Assembly: GCA_963693365.1 (NCBI GenBank)
Contig: CAVNZM010000012.1
Coordinates: 2,294,001 to 2,358,000 of the forward strand
Origin: Amoebidium appalachense
Lineage: Eukaryota > Protista > Ichthyosporea
Direction: 5' to 3'
DNA: 64,000 nt
Each line of letters opens with the position of its first letter. Position 1 is the stretch's first letter. A program made the translations under genes and the position numbers. Below the pieces are notes generated by a model. That model made no database searches. It had not been told where the DNA came from and saw nothing but the letters and a program-made list of their open reading frames with translations. Positions 1 through 12,990 of the stretch are shown one piece after another.

Positions 1-36
<36 letters not shown>

Positions 37-144
37 AAGGGAGAGAGAGGGACGGAGGGTGGGAGGGAGGGAGAGGGAGAGGGAGAGAGAGGGAGGGAGG
101 GAGGGAGGGAGGGAGGGAGAGGGAGAGAGGGAGGGGGGGGGGGG

Positions 145-205
<61 letters not shown>

Positions 206-973
206 TGTGTGTGTGTGTGTGTGAGTGAGAGAGAACGGGCAACATGAGTGGTTGGTTTATACAAAAGTACAAGTCCTCCTGTCAGTTCACCTCAAGGAAA
301 TTGTGCAGTGGAGTTAGTGCAGAGTATGTGTGTTGGAAAAGGAACCAGGGTTAAGAGGATGGAAAGCACTGCCGGGGTCAAATGGGCCGGGGCGGTTGGC
401 TGGTCGATTTTGGACAAATTCTTTGGCATGTGTTCTAATAGTTTACTTATTTTTGCACTGAGCATTTATGTTGACTCCTGCAAGGACATGGCAAATTTTA
501 AAGAAGTCGGTTTGTCTTGATCTGATGCCTTCCAAACAAGATCTCAAGGGAGTCTGTCACTAGATTGCTTGGACGAGGGATTACGATGCAAGAGCACCTT
601 TGTTCCCATTCATAAGTGTACACTTGTCACCATACTCTGCTTCTCTGTTTTCACCCAACCTCAGAACCGGCTTTGCCAAGGTTTGCTTCTACCTTCCCAC
701 CTCTCTCATTCAATCATCGAGTACCCCTTCTTCCTTCCATAACTCATCTTCCTCACATAACACCTCTTCCTCACAGAGCTTTCCCCCATCCTCTCTTCCC
801 CACTTCACTCCCCTCCCTCCCCTCCCCACCACCACCCCCGGCTTCCTCTACCCTCCCTCCTTTTCGACTCAATTCCTTCCTCCCCTCCATCCTGCTCCCT
901 TCCTCCTGCTCCCTCCCTCCCCTTCCCCCCCCCCCCCCCCCCCCCCCTTCCCCGAGAAATCCCTCCACACGGG

Positions 974-1008
<35 letters not shown>

Positions 1009-2642
1009 GCGTACACACAAAACACAAATGCATACCTTCGACATCCACGTGGGTGGATCCTACTGATGCCCGCCTCACCCTTTGTCTCAAACTGAAACTC
1101 ATTTCGAACCAACGAAATGAGAAACACCCCTGGTCTCTGGGCCCATGCTCAGACCGATGCTTTCCAGGTTCCCTTCACGTGCCTTATGTGTTGCTGTCGA
1201 CTTCGTTTGTAAACGGAGCTTGTACAATCTCAATAAGCTGCGTGTGTTTGATGCATGTCAAAAACGCAAGAACAAGACTGAGTTTGGACCACTTACAACA
1301 CAAACACCTTTGTAATATAGTTTTGAAACTGTAGTAACGTGTTGCTGACAGAGTTGTTGACTTAGGACTTCGAGTATCAGTCGCCAAAGTTGTGCTATTG
1401 GCTTAGAGCGCATCGCCTACCAACCACATTTTGGAACGACGACTTTTCAAACTCTCTAAAACAAGGCCGCATTTTTCATTATGGGATTCGAAGAGGAGTA
1501 TATGTAGAGTCCACGCTATGTATTTGTATGTGCTGTACCTGTACGTAAGCAGAGACGCACGCGCACGATAGAAGATACACATCTACAAACGAGATGATGA
1601 CACCCACGCCTTTATATATGCATGGTATGTACCATCTACGAAGGCCATAATAGTATACGTTTTGTAACCCGGGCCGGTCCAGGCAAAAAGCTTGTCTGAA
1701 GACCCGAGCTGAGTGTTTGCCTAACATGAATTCGAATGACTCGGTGCTGTTTGTGACTGCACAACACTCCAGAAAACAGGCTGCATATACAGATTTCTTT
1801 TACTATTGCACCTTGGGCACATCATGATGGCATGTTCAGTAACACAGCACAGTGGAAGCACATTCTTCATATCTTAGCTCTTTATTGCATGCAACATCTT
1901 TGTGGTGAGATGCTGGTTTGGTGTATGTGACACTATGGAACGGCCCAGCCGTTCGAAGTTTGCCTCCAGCAAATATACAAAATGAAGATTATTTACTTTC
2001 GAAGGAAACCATAAATACTACATTTGAAGCCTACCATTGGTCCGGCACCAGACATGGCGCGCCGCCTCTTGAACTAAGTCATAAAACTAAAGAGTCGTAT
2101 ACCCGTGTATTGGTTTTCTTCTTTTTTCAGTGAAGGAGCATATATACCTGGCAGGGAAGTCAAAGCAAGATAGAGGGTGCTGGAAACTAAAAACATGCGA
2201 GCACCTCCACGAGATTCGTAAAAAAGTAAAAAAAGAAAAGAGTGCAAAGCAAGAAATACTGCCAGGTATGCATCCAAAGTATACACCGTTCAAACGCTAC
2301 ATTTGGCTAAGTAACTAATCCCCGTCGAGAAAGAACCCACGGAAGAAAATCAACTCACCAGATCACCAACAAAAGCAAGCAGACAAAAGCATATATTTGC
2401 AGCTATTTACAATGGGTTCCAAGAGTAGATAACACCTCTGTACCCCTATTCCAGCCAACCGTCCATCCCCCCCCCCCCCCCCCCCCCCCCCCCCGCAAGA
2501 CCTCTCCGTGCCCCACCACCATCTCACCACCACTACCAAACACCACCAAAACAAACAACAAGAAGAAAACACAAAGTAAGAAAGACAAAACATGGTGGGG
2601 TGGGCTTCACTGTACAGTGTGCGATATGGCAACATGGTGGCC

Positions 2643-3492
2643 TCAGCGCATGCGTAGCCACACGGCACTGTTGCACTTGAAGCCCGACCCGAAGGCAATC
2701 TGCAGCACACGGTCACCTCGGTGGATGCCCTTGTCCTCGATAAACTCAAGCTCGTACCAGATCGACGAACTGTGCGTTGTGGATTTCGTTTGATTAGTGA
2801 AATGATAAAGGGAGGTCGTGTCTGGTGAGTTGGTGTCCCAGTGTCAATCATTCCCCCCCCCCTCCCCCCCCCCCCCACCCCTCCCCCGCTGCCGGTCCTC
2901 CGCTCACTCTCTCCTTCCCAACTTCCCCCTTCTCCCCACCCTCCCCAAAACTCCAACCCACCACCACCATCGTGACACAAACACACACACACACAGCAGA
3001 GAAAAGGAGGTGGGCTGGAAGGGGACAGGTGTGGCACGAACATGGATAGGTTTAGTGCCCGTTTCCCTCCCTCCGTCCATCCCCCCTGCCCCCTCCCTCT
3101 GTGTCGTGTGTGTGTGTGTGTGTGTGTATGTGTGTGCGACAGGGGGGAGGGAGGGGGGGAGGAGGGGGGGGGGGGGGGGGGGCAGCGAGCACATGTATAT
3201 ACCTGCTTGTGTTGCCATAGTGGTAGAGTGTGCTCCTGCTAGCCTCCAGGTGGTGGGGTTCCAACTGCAGATTCTTCTCGATGCCGTCAATCACAGCCCG
3301 GCCACCGGCATGCACACAGAAGTGGTCAATACCACGCTTGAAATCGGGAACATAGCTGCGGATCTCAGGAATTTTGGCTGCGAGATCCGATTTGCCGCTC
3401 TTTTCGAGAATGGTTCGGAGTTTTTTGGTCACGGCGGCGCCTACCATGCTGATAACGACCTTGGTTTGCTCGCGCACAGGGAGCACGTAGGG

Positions 3493-3543
<51 letters not shown>

Positions 3544-4011
3544 ATATAGGAGGGTGGGAAGTTTGCATGTGCTATACAGAGAGAGGAAAAGCAAAATCAC
3601 CACACGAGAGTACCCCCATCCTCATGATGGCTCCAGAAAAGGAGGAAGAGGAAAGAAGAGGTGGTGGTGGCATTTCAGGAGCAAGAACATGGCGCAAACA
3701 TATGAGCAATCGGGTGTGTTACAATATCTACGAATAGTCACATAAGCGCAAAGGTGTGTAAAAAGAGAGTCGATGAACGGGTCGTGGTGTGGAGTTGGAT
3801 GTGTGTGTGTGTGTGTGTGTGTGTGTTTGTTTCCTCTGCCTCCCCCCCCCCCCCCCCCCCCCCTCTCCCCCCCCCCCTCCGGGGACGGGTGCACATTTTG
3901 TATTTTGTGTCTATGCTCTCTACGTCAGTTTGTGCCGGCTTATATCGTGGGTGGAGGGGATGGGACTGGGCGGGCAGGCAGGCGGGCCGGTGTATGCGCG
4001 TATTTGTGTGT

Positions 4012-4084
<73 letters not shown>

Positions 4085-5073
4085 CTGCATACCCGAGAGC
4101 GGTCAGGTTCTGCTTCATTGTCCGGCCAGCCACCTGCACAATGTCTTTGGACAGACGGATGCCTCGGTTGAGATCCTTGTCCTATTAAACGACACCACAT
4201 GTTAGTGCCAGTCCACATTATGCACCCCCCCCCTCCCCCTCTATCTCTCTCTCTCTCACTCCCCACAAAACCCCCCCAGAAGCCTATTGCACACATACCG
4301 AAAACATTATTAACACATGTTGAGAGTCGACAGCCCAGCCCAGCCCAGCCTAACCAAATCCCCCCTTTACACACACACACACACCCCAGCAACTCATATC
4401 CTTTTCCCTACCTCTCCATTCCGTCCTGGTCGCCACCACCAACCAACCAAACCCTTCCCCTCCCCCCTCTGCCCCCTCCCCCCCCCCCCCTCCCCACGCA
4501 CGCACACACCTACACCCCTCCCCCACCCCTCTCAATGCCACAAGCAACCAGCACACACACTTACCTGGCACTCATAGACTGCGTCATAAGCATCCTGCTT
4601 GGCATTGGTCGTGCGCACGGCATGCAGAAGCTTGTACTTGGCACGAAGCCCATCCCCCCACCGGTTGGAAAGAAGTATCGCTGCACCACCACACCTGCGC
4701 ATGGCGAACATTAAGTATTAGTTTGAAAGAAAAGAACACAGGGGCTGGCAGAGAGTGTGGGAATATGTGGGAAAGAAAGATGGAGATGGTTGTGGTAGAG
4801 AAGTCCAATGCGCGCGGGTGAAGGTGTGGTTGTTGAGGTGGAGAGGTGACAAGTAAGGAGGGAAAATGATATACGGATGGAAAAAGCAATAAAAGGAAAC
4901 GATAAAGATGCTGGAGGAAGGTATGCGCGTGCGTGCACGCGCATGGTTTGTGTGTGTGGGGGCGTGTATATGTGGCTGTTTTTGTGTGTAAGTTGTGTGT
5001 GCGTGTAGGGGTGTGTGCGCGTGCTTGTGTGTGCACTTGTGAGTGTGCATGTGTGTGTCTGTGCTGGAGTTCG

Positions 5074-5129
<56 letters not shown>

Positions 5130-6329
5130 TGTTTGTAATAGTGTCCATGATCATACACACCTGAAGAGGGTGTTTTGCAGCAGCATACCACGCTCATTGC
5201 CGTAGTACATGTTCTGTGTCAGATTCTCCGTGCTGACCTGATTGAGCCGATGGGTGTGTGAGGTGGTAGCGGTAGCTCAAAGAGGGGCTATAAAGAACCC
5301 TCAACACCAAGCCTGCATACTTTGCCAATGCCGGAGCATTACCAACGGGGTGGGGGAGTGGGGGGAAGTGGGTGGCCAGGACAATACGACGGAAAAAGCA
5401 CGTGGGGGGTGAGGGAGGGTGACCGGGAAGGGGGGAGGGGGGATGCATTAGGCACTGGCAACCATGAGAGCGAACACATTGGAAACCACATAAGAACACA
5501 AACGACACAATCAAAGGGTGGGTGTGGGTGTGGGTATGTGTGTGCTTTGTGTTGGGGAGAAGGGGGGGGACGGGAAGGGGAGAGGGGGGGGGGGGGGGGG
5601 GGGGGGAGGGGGGGGGGGGGGGGGGGGGATGTTATCATACCACGAGGGCGGTGCAACCGGGGTTGCTAGCCAGCAGCTGGCGGGCCAACTCGATGCTGAG
5701 CACACTGGCACTGCAGCCCATACCACTGAGGTTGTAGCTCTGAATGTCGGGCTTCATCTGGGTGGGGGGAGGGTTTGGGGGGAGGGTAAAGGGGGCGGGG
5801 GGGGGGGGGGGGGGGGGGGGGAGGGGGGTAAAGGGGGCGGGGAGGGGAGGTAAGAATGTGCTACAGAAGACTAAGAATAGTGTGTAGTGTTTAGGCGTGT
5901 CTGTGTGTGTGTATGTGTGTGTGGGGGGGGGGGGGGGGGGGTTTGAATGCGGAACACGGGACGAAGTACGCATACACGAAGGACACATGCAAAGGCAAAC
6001 ATTCAAGTATGCAACATCAGCCATGCGCACAGTATGCGTCATAAGCAGAGCCCATCCTCAGGGAGGGGGGGGGGGGGGGGATGCAATTATATAGGGTACG
6101 AGGTGTGAATTCATGACGGACAACATCGTGCGGCTTTTGCTTGAAACACACAAAGCAGACGGCGACCGGAGGGCAGGGGTCGGGGGGAACGGAGGGAGAG
6201 AGTGGGGGTTGGATGGGGGGGGGGGGGACGAAGCATGTGTGCTACGTTCTAGGCGTGAATGTTCAAATGTACAGGTGTGTGTCTGGGTCACCTATGTTAC
6301 AGCCATGTGCACGTGGACAGGCAAGCACA

Positions 6330-6360
<31 letters not shown>

Positions 6361-9043
6361 TGCACACGCCCCCCGCATGCACAGCACGTCTGTGCTGCGT
6401 GTGTGGTTGCGGACACAAAAGTGTTCATATAGTCCGACAACGCTGTGTGTATAGCATGAAATGTCGAATACGTGCACGTGTGAAGCCAATAACGGAAATG
6501 TACTGACGACAGGATGTGTGAGAGAGGGCCTTGAGGTCTTTGCCATCAAAGCGGGGAAAGAGGGGGGGAGAGGGGGGGGGGGGGGGAAGGGGTCAAGGCG
6601 GGGAAGAGGGAGGGGGAGAGGGGGGGGGAACAAGGCGAGGAGGTGCCCGGGGTGGGGGGGGGGGGGGGGGAGGGGTTGCACCTGCCCACAAACCGAGGTT
6701 TACGTGCTTCTGGTTGTGCAGATCGTGTGCATGTGCGTGTGGGTGTGCTTGCACGTGCGCATGCATGTGTGTCTGTGTGCTAGCGCACGTGCGATTGTGC
6801 CTGTGTGCCTTTTTGTGCATGTGTACGTGCTCGGCCATGGATAACCATATAAGGAGATACATACCGTGTAATGGTTGGCCACCAGGGCGCAAAGGGAGGG
6901 GGTGGGGCTGAACAGACTGCAGTTGATAATTAGGAAGTCCACCTTCTTCATCTGCACACACCACACAGTCAGCACACACACACACCCAACCACCCACCCA
7001 CCCACACACTTCCTTGCTCGCAATGCTTTCGTGCCTTCTCGCTTGCGTCTTTATTAATGTGAACACTACTCCGATACCATTCATAAACGCTACCATGTGC
7101 TGTGCAAGCTTCAATGGCACCACGGACCAACAGAACTTAAGTACGTAATGGCCGAAGAAGAGCATGTCCACCGCTTAATGCATTAGATAGCAGCAGTGTT
7201 GAGAGGTTCACGTACGAGAGTGTGTGTGTGTGTGTGTTCGTGTACGCGTCCGTGTGTGTGAGCGTGCACATGTGCATGCGTGTTTGTGTATGTGTGTGAG
7301 GGTGAGCGTGAGCGTGTGTGTATCTTTTTATGGGTGTGTGTGTGTGTGTGTGCATGCGCTCGCGCGTGTTTAAGGCGCTCGCGCGCGTGTAAGCACATGC
7401 GCGCGCATGTGTGTGTGTGCGTGTGTGTGTGCTTTTGAGGGGTTAGTTGCAACACCGACCTGCAGGCCAGTCTTCTTAATCAGGTCATCAATGCAGCCAA
7501 AAATTACCGCCTTAGACTCCTCCCGTGCAGCCTCGATACTATCATCCCCCTTAATGTCCTCCTTCACACACTTGGTGAAGTTGGGCGGCCATGCTGTGTG
7601 GTTGCTGGTGCCTGAAAACACAAAGAACAATTAGCAACACGAGTGAAACGGGTAAAGTGCTGTGCCAGAATGGCTATGGAAATTCATGTGCAAAGGGAAG
7701 GTAAGTAAGGTTGGAACATCTTTCAGTAGCGCAAGGATAACTGGACGGACGCCCAGAGGGGGGGGGGAAGGGGGTGGGGGGGAGGGGGGGGGGAGGGGCT
7801 GGAGTATCCTGTGTGACCGTTAAGGTAAACACCAGCCTCCAGACCAAAACGGTAATACCGCGGAGGCAGGGGGGTGGGGAAGGGGAGGAGGATTCAACAG
7901 TATGACTGCACTCGTTAGGGTTATCTTGAAGCACAAAGAAAAGACATGGATAGGGATCCAGATGGAACAGAGAGCGATACGAGAGAAAGAGCGAGCGGGG
8001 GAGGGGGGGAGGGGGGAAAGGGAGGGAGGGGAAAGAGAGAGAGAGGGGGAGAGGAGAGAGAGAGAGAACGAGAGGGATAGACAGAGAGCTAGTGTGTGTG
8101 TGTGTGTGTGTGTGTGTATCTTCCCCCCATGTATGGTGTGGGAAAAGGGTGGGGGAAGGGGAGAAGAGGTTGGGCAGGGCCACCGCCCTTCTTTAGCCCT
8201 TCAACCCCTTCCTCGAACCCCCCCGCCCCCTCCACCCACCCACCGGCATACACACATACACACACACGCACACGCGCGCGTGCGCACACACACAGATTTT
8301 GGTTTTCACTGTTCACTGAGTTTGCACACGAGCATGCACACAACGTGGACAAAAACACAGACACCGGATGCAAAAGTGTGCACACACAGGAGCCGGTACG
8401 CTCTCAGTAGCAGGTACGCTCTCGGGAAGTCTTCGAACCGCCACAAACAAGCAACATGCGCATAGGTCCTCTGAGGGGTTTCCTCAGCATAACCCGGTGG
8501 CGTTAAGATACCACAGCTATTACACGTACCGCTCTTCTCCAGAATCTTTCTCATGAACTCGAGGCTACCCTTCTCATAGCACCCTTGGCGCTCCATAATC
8601 AGCAGCAGCTCATCCTGGGTAACCTTCCAATGGTCGGGTGCCTTGAACGTAGAGAAATCTACCAAGTAGACTGGGCGCTCGCGGTAGGCCAAGTATACAA
8701 GCACAATGAGAACAACAGCAGCAATTCGCATGCCCAACCCATGTTGTTCCAACAAAACATCCCGTGACTCAAGCACGATGGATGTCAGGGCGGTTGTGCC
8801 CAAGTGAAGGTTCTGCATTTCGTAGATTGTGTTTGCTATAAGGAGGCCAAGAACGCCAAAAAAGGTGTATGGGATAAAGACTTGAACGTAGACGTTCCAC
8901 CAGTTAATAACGTTTAGGCGGTAGCTCCTGTTGGTATATATGTTTTTGGACTTCTTGATGCTTTGCTGCAATAGAGATTCGGATGAGCCGGAGGACACGG
9001 CCTCTAGCCCTTGTCCTGATCCGTTGGGTGTGGTTTTCTCCAT
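2643..9043 (-). CDS. KCS: FAE1/KCS-type 3-ketoacyl-CoA synthase (very-long-chain fatty acid condensing enzyme), 9 exons
   Basis: Exons joined by hand with GT-AG boundaries and consistent phases: 8530-9043, 7460-7611, 6865-6951, 5641-5757, 5161-5237, 4565-4694, 4093-4181, 3203-3493, 2643-2769. Two N-terminal hydrophobic segments and [32 protein letters not shown] (catalytic Cys), [20 protein letters not shown] (His), [13 protein letters not shown] (Asn), [15 protein letters not shown]. Confidence 0.93.
5942..6066 (-). mobile_element. Poly(C)-anchored repeat, subfamily B, 5'-truncated copy in a KCS intron
   Basis: Matches 40404-40545 with a short internal deletion. On the - strand it ends CGCATTCAAA then poly(C), and there are poly(G) runs on both sides on the + strand. 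Confidence 0.85.
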
Positions 9044-11400
9044 TTTTAGAACACGTGTGTGTTATGAGAGCATGTGTGAGTAAACGAGCAGTAACTTGTA
9101 TATTTCCCCAACAAACTAGAGAAGGTCAGTGTGATGTGTTGGTTCTACCTGTGACAAGTGTGTTACACCGTTACATGCGGAATTAAACAGGCCTTCACAG
9201 ATCACAACTACATACAACTTGAGGATCTGATTGAAACTATCACGGATATCCGCTGAGTTACAAAAATGAAACGGTACTTGGTACAAGCTAAGGGAAGCGT
9301 TCTATATCTATATAACTAATCTTTGCTTTTGCGTATGTAGGAGCACGACTTCTACAAGAGTCCCCTATCACAGTTTGAGTGAGGTTTGGATGAGTCACAG
9401 TGTGTTTTATCCGCGCCTGCACTCGTGTCGTTTGTATGCGTGGGCCGCCTCGCCAACAACTATCCAAGATTTGACCATTTTGTGTAAATGACATTACACG
9501 CTTAATACTTTGAAACTTAATATGTAGGTAAGATGATTAGTCACTTATCCACAACAATGTTTAGTTTTATAGGTAGCTTAGCTGGTGCGAGATGTGCTAC
9601 TTTGCCGGTAACACATTCCTGTCAGCGAATCCCTTGAGTGGATGCACAGTTGTCGTATATATTTTTCTATAATGAACAACAAACAAACATTATTTTGATT
9701 TGTGAAATATCATGTATTACAAGAGGTGGAGCTCTCATTGGACTGATCTGAAAGCGTTTACAGTGCTTCGGTTCAGAAACCACCGATTGGCTTGGCGTAG
9801 GTGCCGAGCTCTCGGGTACGGTCTACTTCTTAAGCGTAGCGCTGAAGATTTAAAAATATTGCATCAATAAGATAAATTCATGTTCAGATAATTTTTGATC
9901 CTTTGAATCGGTTTATGAGACTTCCTTTTCTTGCCTCGTTTGAGAATCTCACAAACGGATATTTTGTGATTGATCTAATATCACGAAGCCGTGTGTGACG
10001 TAGCATCAAACACATTCTGATTGGCGTTCTAATTCATGGGAAGGTCAGTGCTCGCACCAATCAGCTCGTTGTGCCAGCGAAGAATGTTCGCCAATCGGCA
10101 GCTGCGAGCCAACTCAAGTGACAATGCTACTAGCTGATTTTGAACCATCTTTCTGTCATTTTAAATTTTTGTTTCGTTTTATATCTACAGATTTGAGCGA
10201 AAGATGTTTTTAGCGAATTTCTGTTTTCGCCGTACCTCAACAACGTCAAGATTGACCAACCACTGCACTCGACCAATAGAATGCGCAAAAGTGATCAACA
10301 CACAGGGGTTTACACTTTTTATTGCGTGGACACTGCCGGCCCCCAGCTGCAGTGCCAGCCACACTCGACGGCCTACTGCGTTTTCCAGCGCAGCCAATCA
10401 AATGCAGCTACAAAAAACATACGTACATGCTAGGCAACAATTAGCGCCATCGTAGTATACGACACCCCTATTACATGTTATGGGTAAGCAAAGGCTAGCA
10501 TCGGTAGCTCCGAAAGAAAGTTAAGGCACCGTATCACAATATTATACTGTGCAGCATTAATAAGGTGATCTAGGATAGTCATTTCAAAACGGATATATTG
10601 AGGAAGAGAGGGAGAAAAGAGAATAAAGCCGCCAATAACCTCCGGTTCTATTACGTTAGCTAACAGGTTACACTTATCAACACACCAACGTTCATGCTTA
10701 CTCAGAAGGTGTTCTCGCATGTGCATGCTTGGGATAAAAGGTGAAGTCATCTCCTTTGCTGTTTTCACACAGAAACACGTGGGTTAAAATGCATACGGGG
10801 TCTTTGAAGTTTGTTTAAAGACACCCTTTGATCGGTAACATCTCGACACGCCATGGACATGTGCAACGATTGACGGACCCCATCAGATGCGAACTGCTCA
10901 GCTTGACTTGAGCTTTGTGCTTCATTCAATACACATGGTAGCACCGACTTCTGAGCGTGCATGTAGCGCCCAAATGCACAGGCTATACCTTGTATGCAAT
11001 ACTGTAACACAAACACAGTAGCAGCTGAAAGTTGATATCGGCTGTCAGTGAGCACAAACACAAACAGCTAGCACGGCATGAATCCAAGCTGCGTCCAGGG
11101 GAGTTCCGGATGTGCACGAGCATAGACAGTGGCAACGCCCGCACAAGCACGGCATCACTGTGGCACGCGCCTGGCATACACCCACCACGTGCACTACTAC
11201 GCATACACAGGCATGCAAACACAGCGTGAGCACACCGTGATTGACAAAAGCACATCGATTGTGGCATATATGCGCATGTATGTACTACACTGTGTGTTAC
11301 AGTACACCGACACTACTACACAATGATTCACGCTTCCATGGACACACACAAACACATGTACTCTTCATGCCAGTGCACAAGCGCATGCACGCACACACAT

Positions 11401-11463
<63 letters not shown>

Positions 11464-12238
11464 CAATGCCATCACACACACACACTGACACAGAGACACA
11501 CGCACACACCCATCCCGTGACTCTGCAACATAACATATACAAGAACACAAACACACTCTTTTAGTGCACTGGCGGAGGCACACGGACACACGTACATACC
11601 ACAGACATGCACGCACGGAATGCTTTTGCATGGAAACCCCTCTGGACCATGCAGTTCACACCACCACGGGCAACAATGGCAAATTTCAAGACGGACGTAG
11701 ATACCCTAATGATTGTTCACCGCCACCAACCCTGCCTCTGTGGATTAGTTTTTGCCAATCATTCATGAGATATGGCCATGCCGCCGGGCGCCTCTTATGG
11801 CACGTGTGTGGCACTGTGGCGTGACAGGTCGCGTACAAAAGCCATGTACGAATACTATTAGGTAGTGTGCATGCACGAGCAGCATCATTGGGAGATACAA
11901 AACCGCGCTGAATATTACACATGGGCCCGTGCACAAGCCACACGTGTGTGCCCACGCACGAATTGAACACAAACATTACTTGACGATATTACCAAAGCCT
12001 TGTGGAACTGCTTTGGTTAGGTACACATGTTTGCATAATCAACGAGCGAAAAGAGGAAAGCGGGTCTGTGTGTTGGGGTTGTGGGGGCGGACGTGGGGGA
12101 AGAGGGGGAGGGGGGTGTATGAGGTTGTTGCAATAAAACAACCAAACAAGTAGGAATATGAAGGTGCAAGATCATGCAACTCACGGCTTTAATTTGTGAC
12201 GAGAATTTACTGTCACCAAAAAGTCCTGTGTGCACGTG

Positions 12239-12281
<43 letters not shown>

Positions 12282-12637
12282 CTGTGTGTGTTGTGTGTAT
12301 GCGCGCGTGTATGTGTGGGCGTGTGTGTGTGTGTGTGACACTGTGCGCATATGGCCTCACATTGTGTGTGTTTACATGTGCTATTAGACGTGTGTGTGTG
12401 TGTGCATATGTGCGGGCGGGCGGGCGCGCATGCATGTGTGTCTACGTGCGTGCGTGTATTCTGTGGAGGGGGGCCGGGGAGGGGGGGGGGGGGGGGGTCT
12501 AAATGGACCCCGCAGACCGGAGGATAGTTTTGTCTAGCTAGACAGGGTGGAGGTTCCGAAAGCTGTCATTTGTCAATCCGATGTCATTCTTCTCTTGTAC
12601 TAGCTAGTGTTCACCCCGACAACCTCCCTACCTCCCC

Positions 12638-12942
12638 TGTCGAACAGGATAGCCATCCGGTATGCCCTGCGTTAGCGTAGCACTAGTGACCGGGAATATT
12701 CGAGATATTCGGGATAAACTGGTGGATAGGTTCACGATAGAACAGGATAGATCTAGAAGAGTCTAGAAGATTCTATTGGAGTGTTTTGATTGGTAGCGAC
12801 TAGATCCATAGCGGCGGGTAGACCAATCGGGAATAGTATGTAACATTCCAGTGAGCCAGACCACAAGTAAATAAAGGTCCCAGCGGGCCAGTCAATGCAA
12901 GTCAGCAAATAATAAAGTCTCACAGAGAAACCTCTAAGTTAC
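12638..12942 (+). repeat. 5' LTR of copia element
   Basis: Starts TGTCGAACAGG and is near-identical to 17269-17574. It ends ...AAGTTAC without the terminal A that the 3' LTR has. Confidence 0.95.
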
Positions 12943-12956
12943 GGTTATGGGCCCAG
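12943..12956 (+). promoter_or_regulatory. Primer-binding site GGTTATGGGCCCAG (internal fragment of tRNA-iMet, Drosophila copia type)
   Basis: Lies immediately after the 5' LTR and has the same sequence as the half-tRNA-iMet PBS known from Drosophila copia. Confidence 0.85.
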
Positions 12957-12990
12957 TACAACGCTACGATCAAGCGACTGTTGAGACAAG

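Noticed and set aside
1036-1102. Possible first exon of a - strand gene (MSFSLRQRVRRASVGSTHVDVE, donor GTATGC)
   Set aside because: No in-phase downstream exon or recognisable domain could be found within the window.
10185-11976. Several 60-100 aa ORFs between KCS and the copia element
   Set aside because: No recognisable motifs or consistent exon chain.
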